Assembly (NCBI RefSeq): GCF_009914755.1
Contig: NC_060927.1
Direction: 5' to 3' (one strand)
From: the human T2T-CHM13v2.0 reference genome, Homo sapiens
DNA length: 64,000 nt
How positions within the stretch are numbered: position 1 is the stretch's first letter; the number at the start of each line of letters is the position of its first letter. Of the stretch, positions 57,700 to 64,000 are shown piece by piece. Both the position numbers and the translations under genes were made by a program. The notes below the pieces were generated by a model. It was not told the origin of the DNA. It saw only the letters and a list, made by a program, of their open reading frames with translations, and made no database searches.

Positions 57700-60600
57700 A
57701 ATTAATTTTTTTATTTTGGTGGGTACAGAGTAGGTGTATATATTTATTGATTACATGAGATATTCTGATACAGATATACATTGCGTAATAATCACATCAG
57801 GGTAAATGGAGTAGCTATCACCTCAAGCATTTATCCTGTGTGTTACAAGCAATCCAATTATATTATGTTAGATATTGTAAATGTACAATTAAACTATTTT
57901 TTACTATAGTCACTCTGTTGTGCTAGCAAATACTAGGTCCTCTTAATTCTTTCTATTTTTTATACCCATTAACCATACCCACTTCCTCTCCAACCTCCCC
58001 CACCACTACCCTTCCCAGCCTCTAATAACCATTCTTCTTCTATCTCCATCAGTTCAATTGTTTTAATTTTTAGCTCCCACAAATAAGTGAGAACACCTAA
58101 AGTTTGTCTTTCTCTAACTGGCTTATTTCACTCAGCATAATGACCTCCAGTTCCAACCATGTTATTGCAAGTGACAGGATCTTACTCTTTTTTATGACTG
58201 AGTAGTACTCTACTGTTTGTAAATACCACATTTTCTTAATCCATTTATCTTTTGATGGACACTTGGGTTGCTTCCTAATCTTGGCTATTGTTAACAGTGC
58301 TGCAACAAACATGGAAGTGCAGATATCTATACGATATACTGATTTCTTTTCTTTGGGGTATATACCTAGTAGTGGGAATGCTGGATCATACGGCAGCTCA
58401 ATTTTTAGCTCTATTACAGTGGTTTTACCAATTTACATTCCTACCAACAATGCATGAGAATACCCTTTTATCCACATCCTCACCAGCATTTGTTATTGCT
58501 TGTCTTTTGGATATAAGCCATTTTTAACTGGGGTAACATTGTAAATTTGATATCTCATTGTAATTTTGATTTGCATTTCTCTGATAATAAATAATATCGA
58601 GCACCTTTTCATATGCCTGTTTGCCATTTGTCTTTTTTTGAGAAATGTCTGTTCAGGTATTTAGCCCATTTTTAATCAGATTGTTAGATTTTTTTTCCTA
58701 GAATTGTTTGAGCTCCTTGTATATTCTGGTTATTAATCCCTTGTCAGATGGATAGTTTGTAAATATTTTCTCCCGTTCTGTGGGTTGTTTCTTCACTTTA
58801 TTGATTGTATACTTTGCTGCGCAGAAGCATTTTAACTTAATGTGATCCCACTCATCCATTTTTTCTTCAGTTGCCTGTGCTTGTGGGGTATTGCTCAAGA
58901 AATTTTTGCCTAGTCCAATATTCTGGACAGTTTCTCCAATGTTTTTATTTAGCAGATTCATAGTTTGAGGTATTAGATTTAAATCTATAATCAATTTGGA
59001 TTTAATTTTTGTATATGACAAGATTTAGGTGTCTAATATTATCTTCTGCATATAGATATTCAATTTACCCAGCACCATTTATTGAAGAAACTGTCTTTTC
59101 CTCAATATATGTTCTTGGCACCACTGTCTAAAATGAATTCACTGTAGATGTATGGATTTATTTCTGGATTCTCCATTCTATTCCACTGGTCTATGTGTTT
59201 GTTTTTATGCCAGTGTCATGACGTTTTGGTTACTGTAGCTCCATAGTATAATTTGAAGTCAGTTAGTGTGATTCCTTCACTTTTATTCTGTTTGCTTAGG
59301 ATAGCCTTGGCTATTCTGGGTCTTCTGTGATTCCACATAAATTTTAGGATTGTTTTTCCTATTTCTATGAAGAATGTCATTGGTATTTTGATAGGGATTG
59401 CATTAAATCTGTATATTGCTTTTGGTAATATGGACATTTTAACAATATTTATTCTTCCAGACCATGAACATGGAATATCTTTCCATTTTTGTAGCTTCTT
59501 CAATGTCTTGCATTAATGTTTTATACTTTTCATCATACAAATCCTTCACTCTTTTGGTTAAGTTTATTCCTAGATATTTAATTTTATTTGTAGCTATTCT
59601 AAACGGGATTATTTTCTTGATTTTCAGATTGTTGTTGGCATATAGAAATGCAACTGATTATGTTGATTTTGTATCCTGCTACTTTACTGAATTTGCTTAC
59701 CATTCTAATGTTCTTTGGTGGAGTGGTTTTTCCAAATACAAGATGTTATTATCTGCAAATAAGGATAATGTGCTTTCTTCATTTCCAATTTGGATGCCCT
59801 TTTTATATTTCTCTTGTCTGATTATTCTAGCTAGGACTTACAGTACTATATTGAATAACATAGTGGGCATTCTTCAGATCTTAGATGGGAGGCTTTCAAC
59901 TTTCTCCCATTTCAATACGATATTAGCTGTTGGTCTTTTATATATGGCTTTTATTATGTTGAGTTATGTTTCTTCTATATCAAAACTTTTTGAGTTTTTT
60001 AAATCATGAAGAGATGTGGAATTTTATCAAATGCTTTTTCAGAATCAATTGGAACGATTATTTAGTTTTTGTCCTTCATTCCATTGACATCATGTATCAA
60101 ATTGATTGATTTGCATATGTGGAACCATTCTTGCAACCTTGGGATAAATCCCACTTGGTCATAATGAATGATTTTTTAAATGTGTTGTTGAATTTGAATT
60201 GGTAGTATTTTGTTGAGGATTTTTGCATCAATGTTTATGAGGGCTATCTGCCTGTGGTTTTCTTTTCTGATGTGTCTGTGTCTGGTTTCGGTATCAGGGT
60301 AATAATGGTTTTGTAGAATGAGTTTGGAAGTATTCCTTCCTCCTTTACTTTGTGGAGTAGTTTGAGTAGGATTGGTACCAGTTCTTCTTTTAATGTTTGG
60401 TAAAATTCAGCAGCAAAGCCCTTGGGTCCTGGGCTTTTTGTTGTTGAGAGGCTTTTAACTATGGCTTCAGTCTCATTACTTGTTATTAGTCTGTTCAGGT
60501 TTTGAAAATTTTTATGGTTCAATCTTGGTAGTTCGTATATGTCTAGGAATTTATCCATTTCTTCCAGATTTGTCAAGTTATTAACATATAGTGGCTCATA

Positions 60601-63600
60601 GTAGCCATTAATAATCATTTGAATTTCAGTGGTGTCAGTAATAATATATCCTTTTTCATCTGTACTTTTATATTTTATTTGGGTTTTCTCTCTTTTTTTT
60701 CTGGCTAGAAAGTTAGTCTGGCTAAGTTAGTCTGGCTAAAGTTTTGTCAATTTTGTTTATCTTTTCCAAAACCAACTTTTCATTTCATTGATCTTTGTAT
60801 TCTTTCTTCATTTCAACTTCATTTATCTCTGCTCTGATCTTTATTTTTTCTTCTACAGATTTGGGGTTTGGTTTGTTTTTTGAATTCTTTAAGAGGCACC
60901 ATTAGGTTGTTTATTTGAAGTTTTTTCTCTTTTTTGATGACAGCTGTAAACTTCTCTTTTAGTACTCCTCTTACTGTATCCCATAGGTTTTGGTATGCCA
61001 TGTTTCCATTGTCATTTGTTTCAAGTAATTTTTCAATTTCCTTCTCAGTTTCTTTATTGACACACTGGTCATTCAGGAGAATATTGTTTAATTTCCATGT
61101 ATTTGTACAATTTTCAAAATTACTCTTGTTATTGATGTCTAGTTTTAGTACCTTGTGATTAGAGAAGATGCTTGATATTATTTAAATTTTTTGAATGTTT
61201 TAAGACTTGTTTCATGACCTAACATATGGTCTATCTCTGAGAATGATTCATGTAGTCAGAAAAAGATTTTGTATTCTTCAGCAGTTGGATGAAATGTTCT
61301 ATAAATATCTATTAGGTCCATTTCTTCTATAGTGCAAAGTCTGATGTTTCTTTGTTGATTTTCTGTCTGGAAGATCTTCTCAATGCTGAAAAACAGGTGT
61401 TGATGTCTCCAGCTATTGTTGTATTGTGGTCTATCTCTCTATTTAAGTCTAATAAAATTTGCTTTATATATCTGGGTGCTCCCGTTTTGGGTACACATAT
61501 ATTTACAATTGTTATATTCTCTTGCTGAACTAATTCATTTATCATTATATAATGATTTCTTTGTCCCTTATAGGTTTGGCCTGAAATCTATTTTGTCTGA
61601 TATGAATATAGGGACTCCTGTTCTTCCATTCTGGCATGGAATATCATTTTTCCTTCCTTTATTTTCAGTCAGTGTGTGTCTTTATAGGTTAAGTGTCTTT
61701 CTTGTAGGCAATAGATAATTGGGTCTTGTTTTTTTTTATCCAATCACTCTGCTATGTCGTTTGATTGGAGAGTTTAGTCCATTAACATTCAATGCTATTA
61801 TTGACAAGTAAAGACTTACTTCTGCCATTTTGTTATTTGTTTTCTGGTTGTCTTCTGGTCTTCTCTTCCTTCTTTCTTTCCTTCCTGTCTTCCTTATAGT
61901 AAAGGTGATTGTCACTGGTCATATGATTTAGTTTCTTGCTTTGTATTTTTTGTTCATTCCTTGTATGTTTTTTAGTTTGAGGTTACCATGAGGCTTGAAA
62001 ATACTATCTTATAATCCGTTATTTTAAACTGATAGCAACTTAACACTATTCGTATAAACAAACCAACAAGCAAAAAGAAAACTAATAAAGACCCTATACC
62101 TTAACTTCATGCTCCTTAACTTTTTAACTTTCTGTTGTTTCTATTTATATCTTATTGTACTGTCTATGTCTTGAAAAGTTATTGTAGTTATTTTTGATTA
62201 GTTCATCATTTAATCTTTCTACTTCAGATAACAATAGCTTACACAGCACAGTTACAGGGTTATATTCTGTGGTTTTTTTGTGTACTTACTATTACCACTG
62301 AGTTTTGTACCGTTAGATGATTTCTTTTTCTTTTTCTTTTTTTTTTTTTTTTGAGATGGAGTCTCACTCTGTCGCCAAGCTGGAGTGCAATAGCACCATC
62401 TCAGCTCACTGAAACCTCTACCTCCTGGGTTCAAGAGATTCTCCTGCCTCAGCTTCCTGAGTAGCTGGGACTACAGGTGCACACCACCACGCCCAGCTAA
62501 TTTTTGTATTTTTAGTAGAGATGGGGTTTCACCATGTTGGGCAGGACGGTCTCCATCTTTTGCCCTCACGATCCTCCCACGTCAGTCTCCCAAAGTGCTG
62601 GGATTACAGGCATGAGCGACTGCTCCTAGCCAGATGATTTCTTATTGCTAATTAACATTCCTTTCTTTCAGATTGAAGAACTCCCTCTAGCACTTCTTGT
62701 AGGAAGGTCTGGTATTGATGAAATCCTTCAGCTTTTGTTTGTCTGGTAAGGTCTTTATTTCTCCATGTTTGAAGGATATTTTTGCAAGATATAGTTATTT
62801 TCCTTCAGAACTTTAAATATGCTATTCTCTCCTGGCCTGTAAGATTTCCCTGAAAATTTTGCTGCCAGACATATTGAAGCTCTATTTTATGTTATTTGTT
62901 TCTTTTCTCTTACTGCCCTTAGGATTCTTTCTTTATCCTTGACCTTTGGGAGTTTGATTATTAAATGCCTCAAGTTAGTATTCTTTGGGTGAAATCAGCT
63001 TGGTGTTCTATAGCCTTCTTGTATTTGGACATTGATATGTTTCGCTAGGTTTAGGAAGTTCTCTGTTATTATCCCTTTGAATAAACTTTCTACCTTGTTT
63101 CTCTCTCAACTTCCTCTTTAAGTCCAATAACTCTTAGATTTGCCTTGTTGAGACTGTTTTCTAGATCTTGAAGGTGTGCTTCATTCATTTTCATTCTTTT
63201 TTCTTTTGCCTCCTCTGACTGCATTTCTAAATATCCTGTCTTCAAGCTCACTAATTCCTTCTTCTGCTTGATTGATTCTGCTATTAAAACACTGACACAT
63301 TCTTCAGTTTGTCAATTCCATTTTTCAACTTTAGAATTTCTGCTTGATTTTTTTAACAATGTTAATGTCTTTGTTAAATTTATCTGATAGAATTCTGAAT
63401 TCCTTCTCTGTGTTATCTTGAATATCTTTGAGTTTTCTCAACACAGCTATTTTGAATTCTCCATCTGAATGGTCACATATCTCTGTTTCTCCAGGATGTG
63501 TTATTGTGCCTTATTTAGTTCATTTAGTGAGGTCATGTTTTCCTGGATGGTGTTGGTGTTAGTAGCTGTTCTTTGGTGTCTGGGCATTGAAGAGTTAGGT

Positions 63601-63642
63601 GTTTATTGTAGTCTTCACTGTCTTGGCTTATTGGTAGCTATC
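57700..63642 (-). mobile_element. L1MA (about MA1-3) LINE-1, ~5.6 kb excluding the nested Alu, inactive
   Basis: Multiple ORF2 remnants in the ORF track (58097-61545); ORF1-like region ~62700-63560; L1MA-type 3'UTR at 57710-58090. Confidence 0.9.
62327..62631 (-). mobile_element. AluS (Sc-like) nested in L1MA
   Basis: Reverse dimer; perfect TSD agatgatttctt (62315-62326, 62632-62643). Confidence 0.92.
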
Positions 63643-64000
63643 TGATATGGTTGGCTCTGTGTTCCCACCCAAATCTCATCTCAAATTGTAATCCCCATGT
63701 GCTGAGGGAAGGACCTAGTTGTAGGTGACTGGATCATGGGGGAGGTTCCCCCATGCTGTTCTCATGATAGTGAGGGAATTGTCACAAGATCTGATGGTTT
63801 AAAAGTGTGCGGTGGTTCCCCTCTCTCGTTCTGCCTCTCCTGCTACCATGTAAGATGTGCCTTGCTTCCCCTTCACCTTCTTCCATGATTTTAGTTTCCT
63901 GAAGTCTCCCCAGCCATGAGCAACTATGAGCCAATGAAACCTCTTTCCTTTATAAGTTACCCAGTCTCAGGTACTTCCTTATAGCCATGTGAGAACAAAC
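63643..64000 (+). mobile_element. THE1/MST-type MaLR LTR, running to the window edge
   Basis: tgatatggttggctctgtgttcccacccaaatctcatctcaaattgtaatcccc ... ttacccagtctcaggt. Confidence 0.9.

Noticed and set aside
59464-60009. 181-aa plus-strand ORF
   Set aside because: Antisense reading of L1 ORF2; hydrophobic T-rich artefact

Overview
This is AT-rich, repeat-dense primate (very likely human) genomic DNA with no prokaryotic features. The window lies inside one minus-strand multi-exon gene. Six GT-AG coding exons (46050-45817, 30124-29960, 24694-24579/24546, 6896-6766, 2873-2775, 1175-1011) splice in frame into a WD40-repeat protein segment that I recognise from memory as WDR49 (CFAP337, cilia-associated). 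The rest is intron, filled with L1, L2, MIR, Alu, MaLR/MER21 LTR and Tigger/hAT elements and microsatellites; almost all ORF-track entries are repeat-derived or spurious. I found no wholly new biological system. The best leads are: (1) a 5'-truncated L1PA carrying a ~1 kb 3' transduction inside one TSD pair (17544-20391); (2) the 165-nt exon at 29960-30124, which regenerates a 5' splice site after splicing (recursive-splicing-exon signature) and also contains a near-perfect RFX X-box whose only mismatch is a synonymous CpG; (3) in-frame tandem splice donors; (4) a near-full-length Tigger2 with nested SINEs; (5) several repair or templated-insertion scars. Repeat subfamily names come from recalled consensus features, and the boundaries of old repeats are approximate.
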